Under the pieces are notes generated by a model. The model made no database searches. It was given only the letters and a program-made list of their open reading frames with translations, and was not told the origin of the DNA. 64,000 nt of DNA, taken from a virus. Its lineage: Duplodnaviria > Caudoviricetes. Location: IMG/VR virus record IMGVR_UViG_3300025608_000017, positions 20,154 through 84,153 of that record. One strand, 5' to 3'. Shown in pieces: positions 50,489 through 56,390 of the stretch (position 1 is its first letter; the number at the start of each line of letters is the position of its first letter). Position numbers and translations under genes: made by a program.

Positions 50489-51021
50489 TATCTTACCCTT
50501 AGTTCCTCAATATTAATCGGTGTGTAATCAATTTGTTCTACACAAACACATCTGTGGAACTCAGTTGGCGATGGATTCTGATGAATATGACCGTGTACGT
50601 TTGTCATACTGCCTTCACCAAATCTGTGACTCTCACCTAATGTACTGTTGTGTACAGGAACGTGTGTTAACAGCAACCCAAACTCAGGGAACATTCTCCA
50701 CAAGTCAATCTTGCCCCACCAGCCGCCAGCAACGTGAAACTTGATGTTGTCGTGGTTACCAACTACCAAACGCTTCTGTCCGTTTAGGCGAGGCATATTA
50801 GTGTCCATCCATTCTTGCTTGCGAGTGCCAAACAACACATCACCCAAGTGGTACACTTTGTCACCTGGCTTGACAACACTGTTCCAGTTGGCAATCATAG
50901 TCTCGTTCATTTCTTCAACATCTGCAAAGTTGCGAGTAGGTTTACCTACCTTGTCAGTGAAGGTTAGAATGTTAGCGTGATCAAAGTGTGTGTCACTGAT
51001 TATCCAAATATTTCTAGCCAT
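50488..51021 (-). CDS. calcineurin-like metallophosphoesterase
   Basis: SDTH, HLGD, GNHD, HGHIH. Confidence 0.92.
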   Translation of the reverse strand: MARNIWIISDTHFDHANILTFTDKVGKPTRNFADVEEMNETMIANWNSVVKPGDKVYHLGDVLFGTRKQEWMDTNMPRLNGQKRLVVGNHDNIKFHVAGGWWGKIDLWRMFPEFGLLLTHVPVHNSTLGESHRFGEGSMTNVHGHIHQNPSPTEFHRCVCVEQIDYTPINIEELRVR

Positions 51022-51050
51022 GTCATGACCCTCTTTATCTAATTTATATT

Positions 51051-51079
51051 AGTTTAGCTTAGATTAGCTTAGATGTCAA
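51051..51079 (-). promoter_or_regulatory. sigma70-type promoter (phosphoesterase operon)
   Basis: TTGACA-N17-TAAACT, directly after tRNA-Cys. Confidence 0.7.
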
Positions 51080-51086
51080 CCAGTAA

Positions 51087-51169
51087 TGGAGTGAGCGGCC
51101 GGACTCGAACCGGCATAGTCTTTCGACACGGATTTGCAATCCGATGCATAGCCTTTCTGCCACGCTCAC
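51087..51169 (-). tRNA. tRNA-Cys(GCA) with long variable arm
   Basis: GTGAGCG/CGCTCAC acceptor, TCGGA-TTGCAAA-TCCGT, V-arm GTC-GAAA-GAC, U73, CCA. Confidence 0.9.
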
Positions 51170-51173
51170 ATAA

Positions 51174-51248
51174 TGGCTGGGGTGGTAGGATTCGAACCTA
51201 CGGTACACTGGATCAAAACCAGTTGCCTTACCACTTGGCTACACCCCA
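51174..51248 (-). tRNA. tRNA-Gln(TTG)
   Basis: Cloverleaf, ACTGG-TTTTGAT-CCAGT, encoded CCA. Confidence 0.95.
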
Positions 51249-51251
51249 ATA

Positions 51252-51343
51252 TGGCGGAGAGTGTGGGATTCGAACCCACGGAACACTTTCATGTTCGACG
51301 GTTTTCAAGACCGTTGCATTAAGCCAGACTCTGCCAACTCTCC
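51252..51343 (-). tRNA. tRNA-Ser(TGA)
   Basis: ACGGT-CTTGAAA-ACCGT, long V-arm, G73, CCA. Confidence 0.95.
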
Positions 51344-51347
51344 TATA

Positions 51348-51424
51348 TGGTCTCGGTAGCTGGATTCGAACCAACGACCTCTTGTACCCAAAACAAGCGC
51401 ACTACCAGGCTGTGCTATACCGAG
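51348..51424 (-). tRNA. tRNA-Pro(TGG)
   Basis: CTTGT-TTTGGGT-ACAAG, CCA. Confidence 0.95.
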
Positions 51425-51429
51425 ATATT

Positions 51430-51505
51430 TGGTGAACCCGGTGCGATTCGAACGCACGACAAGCTGATTAAAAGTCAGCTGCTCTACCAACTGAGCTACG
51501 GGTCC
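51430..51505 (-). tRNA. tRNA-Lys(TTT)
   Basis: GCTGA-CTTTTAA-TCAGC, CCA. Confidence 0.95.
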
Positions 51506-51506
51506 T

Positions 51507-51582
51507 TGGCACCGGTGGAGGGATTCGAACCCCCGCGGACGCGGTTTTGGAGACCGCCGCTCTACCACTGAGCTACACCGAT
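51507..51582 (-). tRNA. tRNA-Trp(CCA)
   Basis: GCGGT-CTCCAAA-ACCGC, G73, CCA. Confidence 0.95.
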
Positions 51583-51605
51583 ATTAAACTTTTTACTTCC
51601 TCCAC

Positions 51606-51640
51606 AAAAAAAGCCCCTAAACAAGTTAATGCTTAGGGGC
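51606..51640 (-). terminator. intrinsic terminator upstream of the six-tRNA array
   Basis: GCCCCTAAGC-ATTAACTT-GTTTAGGGGC followed by T7. Confidence 0.92.
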
Positions 51641-51686
51641 GTATCTTAAATAACTTTTCTACAAAGTCGCGTTAAGACATACCCCT
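51635..51686 (-). promoter_or_regulatory. antiterminator hairpin competing with the terminator
   Basis: AGGGGTATGTCTTAA (51686-51672) pairs 14/15 with TTAAGATACGCCCCT (51649-51635), which includes the terminator 5' arm. Confidence 0.75.
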
Positions 51687-51740
51687 CCTTGACGGTGAGC
51701 ACCAATTCTGTAATGACGATTGTTGTACTGTCTTTAACAC
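51672..51740 (-). CDS. 22-aa attenuator leader peptide (not in the ORF track)
   Basis: AAAGGA-N8-GTG; MLKTVQQSSLQNWCSPSRRGMS; stop lies within the antiterminator 5' strand. Confidence 0.75.
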   Translation of the reverse strand: MLKTVQQSSLQNWCSPSRRGMS

Positions 51741-51766
51741 GTTATAATTCCTTTGTTGTATAACTT

Positions 51767-51795
51767 AATATACTATGTTTATTTATCTTTGTCAA
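51767..51795 (-). promoter_or_regulatory. promoter of the leader/tRNA operon, with embedded late motif
   Basis: TTGACA-N17-TATATT; GATAAATA inside the spacer. Confidence 0.8.
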
Positions 51796-51801
51796 CCACT
51801 A

Positions 51802-51825
51802 TTTGACAATTTAGATAGAATATTA
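51802..51825 (+). repeat. 24-bp exact inverted repeat, copy 1
   Basis: TTTGACAATTTAGATAGAATATTA is the reverse complement of 53223-53246. Confidence 0.95.
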
Positions 51826-52175
51826 AATAAGCAGTTTCTAGTCCTGCTTAGGACCGCCATCATCCTGGGCACCATTTGCTCAGTTGTTTTACAAGGGGAA
51901 CAAAACCCTTGATCCCGCTTTATCAGTGCGGTGCTGTCTGCTATACAGAACAGCGTGATTAATAGTGATAGGGAGGATTGCAGTCTACCTCCAACAACCT
52001 AGTAAGTATTATCATACGTTCGGTTGCGCCTAGTATCAAACAGTTACGTTCGAAATACACATCTTCGTGTCTCCACGCTCATGTGCTGCCACCACAGCTA
52101 CTAGCCAAGTTATCGTCCTTACGAAACGACATTTCCTTGCACTATCTTTTCAAACCCCGTCGGGTTGAAACCTTA
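51826..52175 (-). ncRNA. candidate structured ncRNA(s) of unknown class
   Basis: ~350 nt with no convincing ORF and many consecutive hairpins; lies between tRNA-Leu and the stalk repeat. Confidence 0.55.
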
Positions 52176-52182
52176 AAAACTT

Positions 52183-52267
52183 TGGTGCGCCTGGAGGGAC
52201 TTGAACCCCCACGCCGTAAAGCACTAGAACCTAAATCTAGCGTGTCTACCAATTTCACCACAGACGC
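52183..52267 (-). tRNA. tRNA-Leu(TAG)
   Basis: CTAGA-TTTAGGT-TCTAG, V-arm, A73, CCA. Confidence 0.95.
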
Positions 52268-52319
52268 AGTTGTAAGCTAACCGTTGGCTTACGTGAGCGT
52301 ATTGAGCCGCTACACTTAC

Positions 52320-52395
52320 TGGTGCCGCAACAAGGATTTGAACCCTGGACCTACTGATTACAAATCAGTTGCTCTACCAACTGAGCTATTGCGGC
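52320..52395 (-). tRNA. tRNA-Thr(TGT)
   Basis: ACTGA-TTTGTAA-TCAGT, CCA. Confidence 0.95.
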
Positions 52396-52396
52396 T

Positions 52397-52471
52397 TTAT
52401 CTTCTTACTTTACAGTTAGGACACCAATCTCCGTGTGCTAACTCTGTTTTACATTCACTGCATGTTGTCAT
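52397..52471 (-). CDS. 24-aa zinc-ribbon micropeptide (not in the ORF track)
   Basis: MTTCSECKTELAHGDWCPNCKVRR; ATAAGTA-N4-ATG. Confidence 0.6.
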   Translation of the reverse strand: MTTCSECKTELAHGDWCPNCKVRR

Positions 52472-52478
52472 ACAGTAC

Positions 52479-52700
52479 TTATTCAGGTGTTTCGTCTTCT
52501 TGTTCAATTTCGACTTGCAAAGATCTGATCATTTGTTCTTCTAAGTCTTGTTTGTTGATAGTTCCTGTTTCAAGCAAACGAAGTGCATCTGCTGCGCTTG
52601 ATGCTTGTCCTGAACGTTTTAGATATGCACATGCTGCAACCAAGTCAGTTCGGTTAATGCCTGTGACATCCATTGCTTCCTCAATAAAGACTCTTCCCAT
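52479..52700 (-). CDS. small hypothetical protein inside the tRNA operon
   Basis: 73 aa; AAAGG RBS. Confidence 0.65.
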   Translation of the reverse strand: MGRVFIEEAMDVTGINRTDLVAACAYLKRSGQASSAADALRLLETGTINKQDLEEQMIRSLQVEIEQEDETPE

Positions 52701-52737
52701 TTGTTGTAACCTTTCATTGTTACTTGTTATTGTAGTA

Positions 52738-52811
52738 TGGAGCGGGTAAGGAGAATCGAACTCCTATCATTAGCTTGGAAGGCTAAGGTCTTACCATTAC
52801 ACAATACCCGC
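52738..52811 (-). tRNA. tRNA-Gly(TCC)
   Basis: TTAGC-CTTCCAA-GCTAA, U73, CCA. Confidence 0.95.
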
Positions 52812-52814
52812 AAC

Positions 52815-52902
52815 TGGCAGAGAGACAGGGATTCGAACCCTGGGAACCTTTCGGTTCGGCGGATTAGTAATCCGCTGCCTTCGACCACTCGGCCACCTCT
52901 CC
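52815..52902 (-). tRNA. tRNA-Ser(ACT), unusual A34 anticodon
   Basis: GCGGA-TTACTAA-TCCGC, long V-arm GAACC-GAAA-GGTTC, G73, CCA. Confidence 0.92.
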
Positions 52903-52905
52903 ATT

Positions 52906-52980
52906 TGGCTCCCCAGGATGGGATCGAACCACCGACAAATTGATTAACAGTCAACTGCTCTACCGCTGAGCTACTGGGGA
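52906..52980 (-). tRNA. tRNA-Asn(GTT)
   Basis: GTTGA-CTGTTAA-TCAAT, CCA. Confidence 0.95.
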
Positions 52981-52985
52981 ATAAA

Positions 52986-53193
52986 CTCTACTTACAACTG
53001 CTAACAGTGCAGGAGTCGAACCTGCATGGCGGACCGCCGTCCTATTTGCTACACCGTGTAGTTAATGGGATTCGAACCCAACACCGCAACCCAACGGACC
53101 ACGGACTCGAACCGTGTTTACCTCACCAGTTATCTATTAGCATGTGTAAGTAGAGTTATGAATACATGTTGGTGCATGTATTCCTCTACTTAC
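52986..53193 (-). ncRNA. candidate tRNA-mimic / Y-RNA-like RNA with three T-arms
   Basis: Three GTTCGA(G/A/C)TCC T-arm hairpins inside a ~20-bp terminal stem; no anticodon arm or CCA. Confidence 0.7.
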
Positions 53194-53222
53194 CGTTCCA
53201 TCATCGACTTGCGTCTAAGAAC

Positions 53223-53246
53223 TAATATTCTATCTAAATTGTCAAA
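53223..53246 (-). repeat. 24-bp exact inverted repeat, copy 2 (leader)
   Basis: Complementary to 51802-51825 on the same transcript. Confidence 0.95.
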
Positions 53247-53250
53247 GAGC
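53239..53250 (-). promoter_or_regulatory. rrn-type boxA antitermination element
   Basis: GCTCTTTGACAA versus the E. coli rrn boxA TGCTCTTTAACAA; ~20 nt after the predicted TSS. Confidence 0.65.
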
Positions 53251-53277
53251 GTTGTAAACTTTTTAGCTTACTTAGTT

Positions 53278-53306
53278 ATAATAGCAGTTTATTTAGTTTC
53301 TGTCAA
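53278..53306 (-). promoter_or_regulatory. promoter of the upstream stable-RNA operon, with embedded late motif
   Basis: TTGACA-N17-TATTAT; CTAAATA inside the spacer. Confidence 0.75.
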
Positions 53307-53941
53307 CTGCTATTTTTAATATTTAGATATTTTTTATAAGATTCGTCAGTTGGCTTAAAAACAAAATTAATAATACAACGTTTGTCATTTTTGATAGGAT
53401 TACTACTTGCATGCAGTCTGTTGCTTTGAAACATTAATGCACTTCCTTTTTTAGGAGTATTAGAATGAACCATTGTTAGGTTATCATGCCCGTCTTCGAT
53501 GGCATACTTATCAAATATTCGAGTGTCGCCGTCTGCATCGTTGACATAGTAAACCATACTAAGACACTGGTCTCCCCCATAGTCAATATGAGGCTTATGG
53601 TAACTGTTTTCGTCACCCGTGCCTTTTGTTAGCAAATTTGATTTTATTCGTACAACATGTTCTGTTACAATTCCTGTCTCTTTTTCGAGGAACCATAAAA
53701 TTGGTTGTGCAATTTCTCCAAACAATTGATGAAGTATTCCTTCATCTGGAGTTACAAATGTATTGGTAAATTGATAAGTCTCGTTGATATTTTTATCGTT
53801 GGGATCGAAGTTATTGTCAACATCACTGGTTAGACCATTAAAAACCCATTGGCCGTGATTTATTAAACGTGTTTCAATCCAGTTTGCCATTCCTAAAGGA
53901 ACTAGATTATCAATTTCTTCATAATCAAAACGTTCAATCAT
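53303..53941 (-). CDS. 2OG-Fe(II) oxygenase-like protein
   Basis: PHID (HxD), MVYYVND.DGDT, PKKG..LMF...LHASS, RCIINF. Confidence 0.82.
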   Translation of the reverse strand: MIERFDYEEIDNLVPLGMANWIETRLINHGQWVFNGLTSDVDNNFDPNDKNINETYQFTNTFVTPDEGILHQLFGEIAQPILWFLEKETGIVTEHVVRIKSNLLTKGTGDENSYHKPHIDYGGDQCLSMVYYVNDADGDTRIFDKYAIEDGHDNLTMVHSNTPKKGSALMFQSNRLHASSNPIKNDKRCIINFVFKPTDESYKKYLNIKNSS

Positions 53942-54170
53942 TTTGTTTCATAATCTTTCTAATAATATTTTCTGCTTGTGGATATGTATCCATTAGCGCG
54001 ACTTGATCGTCGATTTCTTGTAGTCGTTCAAGTTCTTCTTGCACCGTTAGTTCGCTACGTGGAACACTTCTTTCATAGAAGGGATTGTAGCTTGTAGGCA
54101 AGTATGGCTGTGTCCAGCTAGTATTAATAACCATACCGTTGAAACGTTTGTTGAAATCATCTTCGTTCAT
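53934..54170 (-). CDS. hypothetical protein
   Basis: 78-aa ORF with coupled overlaps. Confidence 0.65.
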   Translation of the reverse strand: MNEDDFNKRFNGMVINTSWTQPYLPTSYNPFYERSVPRSELTVQEELERLQEIDDQVALMDTYPQAENIIRKIMKQND

Positions 54171-54355
54171 TGTAGTGTTGTAACTCCCAAGTGTGTTTGT
54201 CGTTCGCCTGCGATAGCATCATACAAAATGTCATTCACTGCATCAAGTTCTTCATTTGATACATTATGCACATCTTCAGTTTCTAATGCTGTATGAATAC
54301 GTTCTAAGTCTTCTTTAGTGAGTGTGTCACGCAAAGGATGACGTAGTAGTTGCAT
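54167..54355 (-). CDS. hypothetical protein
   Basis: 62-aa ORF with GAGG RBS. Confidence 0.65.
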   Translation of the reverse strand: MQLLRHPLRDTLTKEDLERIHTALETEDVHNVSNEELDAVNDILYDAIAGERQTHLGVTTLQ

Positions 54356-54364
54356 ATGTGCCTC

Positions 54365-54880
54365 TTATTTTGCTCGAACTGTGACTTCTACTGGAATACG
54401 ATCGCCTACACGATAGTTATTGTAGGTGCGTGTGCTGCCTTGAATACCACGCCATTCATAACGAATAGTATAGTTTTTAAGTTCTTCCTGCGTTTCATAG
54501 TAAGTTACATTGTTGCAGGTCTGTTCTTCACGGTATCCAATAATCTCTTGTGACTGACTACCACGTTTGTTGGCTACATCAGCACCAATGATTGCACCAA
54601 GCACAGTTGCAGCATCTTTACCACTGCCGCTGCCTACTTGATTACCAATAGCGCCGCCAATAATAGCACCTACAATAGTATCACCTGTGCTTGCTTGTCC
54701 GTTCTGCACATTGCCGTAGATCGGTACTTGATTTACACGACAGTCTGTACGGTAGCGTGGAACTTGAACATTCTGATAGTTTGGTTTAACTGCTGTAATA
54801 GTTGCATACTCATCTGCACTTGCAGAAGTAGCAAAACTCATAGTACTGATTACTGCAACAGTCGCTAACAATTTATTCAT
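54365..54880 (-). CDS. secreted glycine-zipper 2TM protein (YcfJ-like)
   Basis: Signal peptide (SA-SA), GAIIGGAIGNQVGSGSGKDAATVLGAIIG; start MNKLL after GGAG. Confidence 0.85.
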   Translation of the reverse strand: MNKLLATVAVISTMSFATSASADEYATITAVKPNYQNVQVPRYRTDCRVNQVPIYGNVQNGQASTGDTIVGAIIGGAIGNQVGSGSGKDAATVLGAIIGADVANKRGSQSQEIIGYREEQTCNNVTYYETQEELKNYTIRYEWRGIQGSTRTYNNYRVGDRIPVEVTVRAK

Positions 54881-54911
54881 TGTCTTCTCCATAAATTTAA
54901 CTTACTAATAA

Positions 54912-54940
54912 AGTATAACACAACTACTTATCAGTGTCAA
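54912..54940 (-). promoter_or_regulatory. sigma70-type promoter with embedded late motif
   Basis: TTGACA-N17-TATACT; GATAAGTA in the spacer. Confidence 0.8.
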
Positions 54941-55280
54941 CTGAATTATACCAACTTTGTTCGTACTCGTCTACAACATCTACTGCATTAATACGATCAT
55001 AACGGAAACTACGCCAACCTTTTGCATTCACATCCCATACATTTACAACTGCATCTGACATCTCACGAACTTTCTTTTGGCTCATTGTGTCTGTTTTAGT
55101 TGCAGGTGGTTTCATGTCTTCGCGCAGTGTGCAGGTCATAACACGCTTGTCACCGCTAATCTTGTTAAAGTCAACTACTAGAACATTTTGCTCTAGTAGC
55201 ATCTTTAGATCTGCACGAGTAGGAATACCTTTAAGGGCTGCTACTGTATCACCTACTGTGTTCTGGTTAGTATCAGTCAT
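54924..55280 (-). CDS. SH3-fold (WYL_2/DUF2693-like) protein
   Basis: VDFNK.SG..R.M.CTL...VWDVNAKGWRSFR; start MTDTN after GAGG. Confidence 0.75.
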   Translation of the reverse strand: MTDTNQNTVGDTVAALKGIPTRADLKMLLEQNVLVVDFNKISGDKRVMTCTLREDMKPPATKTDTMSQKKVREMSDAVVNVWDVNAKGWRSFRYDRINAVDVVDEYEQSWYNSVDTDK

Positions 55281-55315
55281 ATATGCCTCTGCTGTTGTAA
55301 ATTTTAAATCAATCA

Positions 55316-55483
55316 CTATAGTTCTTCTACAATGCCTAGCACTTCTGCTGCAATAAGAAATACTCCTGCCAGCACAATACTTTGTGGCCAAATAAGAGCA
55401 ACGCCTGCTGCTATACGTATTGTGCTTTTAGCTAGACTTACGTAGAAGTGGAATGCACCCGGGTCTTTAGTTGCTATTTTCAT
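55316..55483 (-). CDS. 55-aa membrane protein (not in the ORF track)
   Basis: Manual translation [55 protein letters not shown]; TAATG coupling to clpP. Confidence 0.75.
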   Translation of the reverse strand: MKIATKDPGAFHFYVSLAKSTIRIAAGVALIWPQSIVLAGVFLIAAEVLGIVEEL

Positions 55484-56100
55484 TATCGTTTGTCCACTAC
55501 CATGTCAGCAAGACCATACTCAACTGCTTCTGCTGCTGTTAAGAATGTGTCAAACTTCATAGTTTCAAAAAACTCTTCGTACTCTTTGCCCACACTGTTG
55601 TGCTTGACGTACAGTTCTGTAAGACGCTTGTTGATCTTCTTAGACTCTTCCATGCTACGCACTGCATCTTCAAACTGTAGTTCTTGTACGTGTACACTAC
55701 CGCTTGTACCACGTGTACCTGAGCTTACACGGTGAATCATTGTGCGACTCTCTGGCAGTACAACTCGCTTTCCTGCTGTACCTGCTTGTGCTAAGAAACT
55801 GCCCATCGAGCAGGCTTGGCCCATTACAATAGTACGCACATCGCATTTGATGTATTGCATAGTATCGTAAATAGCCAAGCCTGCTGTCACGGCGCCGCCT
55901 GGACTGTTGATGTACAAATTAATGTCTTTGTTAGGATCTTCGCTTTCAAGAAACAACATCTGTGCTACAATTAAGTTAGCCATGTTGTCTTCTACAGGAC
56001 CGTTCAACATAATGATACGATCTTTCATCAAGCGACTGTAAATGTCAAATGATCGTTCGCCATTGGCGGTTTGTTCTACTACCATAGGTACTAGTGGCAT
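55483..56100 (-). CDS. clpP: ATP-dependent Clp protease proteolytic subunit
   Basis: MPLVPMVVE...[19 protein letters not shown] (Ser), MIH (His), [10 protein letters not shown]; start at 56100. Confidence 0.95.
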   Translation of the reverse strand: MPLVPMVVEQTANGERSFDIYSRLMKDRIIMLNGPVEDNMANLIVAQMLFLESEDPNKDINLYINSPGGAVTAGLAIYDTMQYIKCDVRTIVMGQACSMGSFLAQAGTAGKRVVLPESRTMIHRVSSGTRGTSGSVHVQELQFEDAVRSMEESKKINKRLTELYVKHNSVGKEYEEFFETMKFDTFLTAAEAVEYGLADMVVDKR

Positions 56101-56101
56101 A

Positions 56102-56326
56102 TTATCTTCCTTTTTTAATGTTAAATTCTTGTGGACCTGGCGTTGTAAATTCCATACCAAGCGCATTGCCTACGTATACTTTACCATTCCAGCGGAGGTG
56201 TATTTTAGTGTTTGCAACAAATGCATCAAGAGATTCGTTTGTTCTAACATTGTCAACTTCACATTCAACAGTTTGATCATTGCGAGTATTGGTTAACATT
56301 GCTGTCTTGCCGTAATAACTATCCAT
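56102..56326 (-). CDS. hypothetical protein
   Basis: 74 aa; GAGG RBS; downstream of the promoter at 56358. Confidence 0.7.
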   Translation of the reverse strand: MDSYYGKTAMLTNTRNDQTVECEVDNVRTNESLDAFVANTKIHLRWNGKVYVGNALGMEFTTPGPQEFNIKKGR

Positions 56327-56357
56327 ATCTACCTCAAGTTTGCTAATAATTAATAAT

Positions 56358-56386
56358 ATTATAGCAAACTATCAGGTAGCTGTCAA
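56358..56386 (-). promoter_or_regulatory. sigma70-type early promoter (clpP operon)
   Basis: TTGACA-N17-TATAAT, perfect consensus. Confidence 0.88.
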
Positions 56387-56390
56387 GCGA

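Noticed and set aside
51054-51073. Direct repeat TTAGCTTAGA in the promoter spacer
   Set aside because: Only two 10-bp copies in AT-rich DNA, not seen at other promoters; insufficient for an operator call.
51802-51825. TTGACA in the 24-bp repeat read as a -35 box (both copies)
   Set aside because: No -10 hexamer at 16-18 bp in either copy; boxA plus stalk explains it better.
51826-52175. Calling the structured region tmRNA or RNase P RNA
   Set aside because: No Ala acceptor, T-loop or CCA and no clear tag frame for tmRNA; the RNase P CR-I GAGGAAAGUCC is missing and local hairpins account for the similar words.
52268-52319. Theta (HDV-like) ribozyme in the tRNA-Thr trailer
   Set aside because: Only two simple hairpins (AGCG/CGCT, GTAAGC/GCTTAC); I could not build the nested double pseudoknot or find the L3 and J4/2 consensus.
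51073-53319. Track ORFs across the tRNA region (51073-51435, 51305-51568, 51347-51571, 51978-52280, 52284-52544, 52727-52954, 52737-52943, 53065-53319)
   Set aside because: They overlap tRNA genes or structured RNA and are typical spurious tRNA-spanning ORFs.
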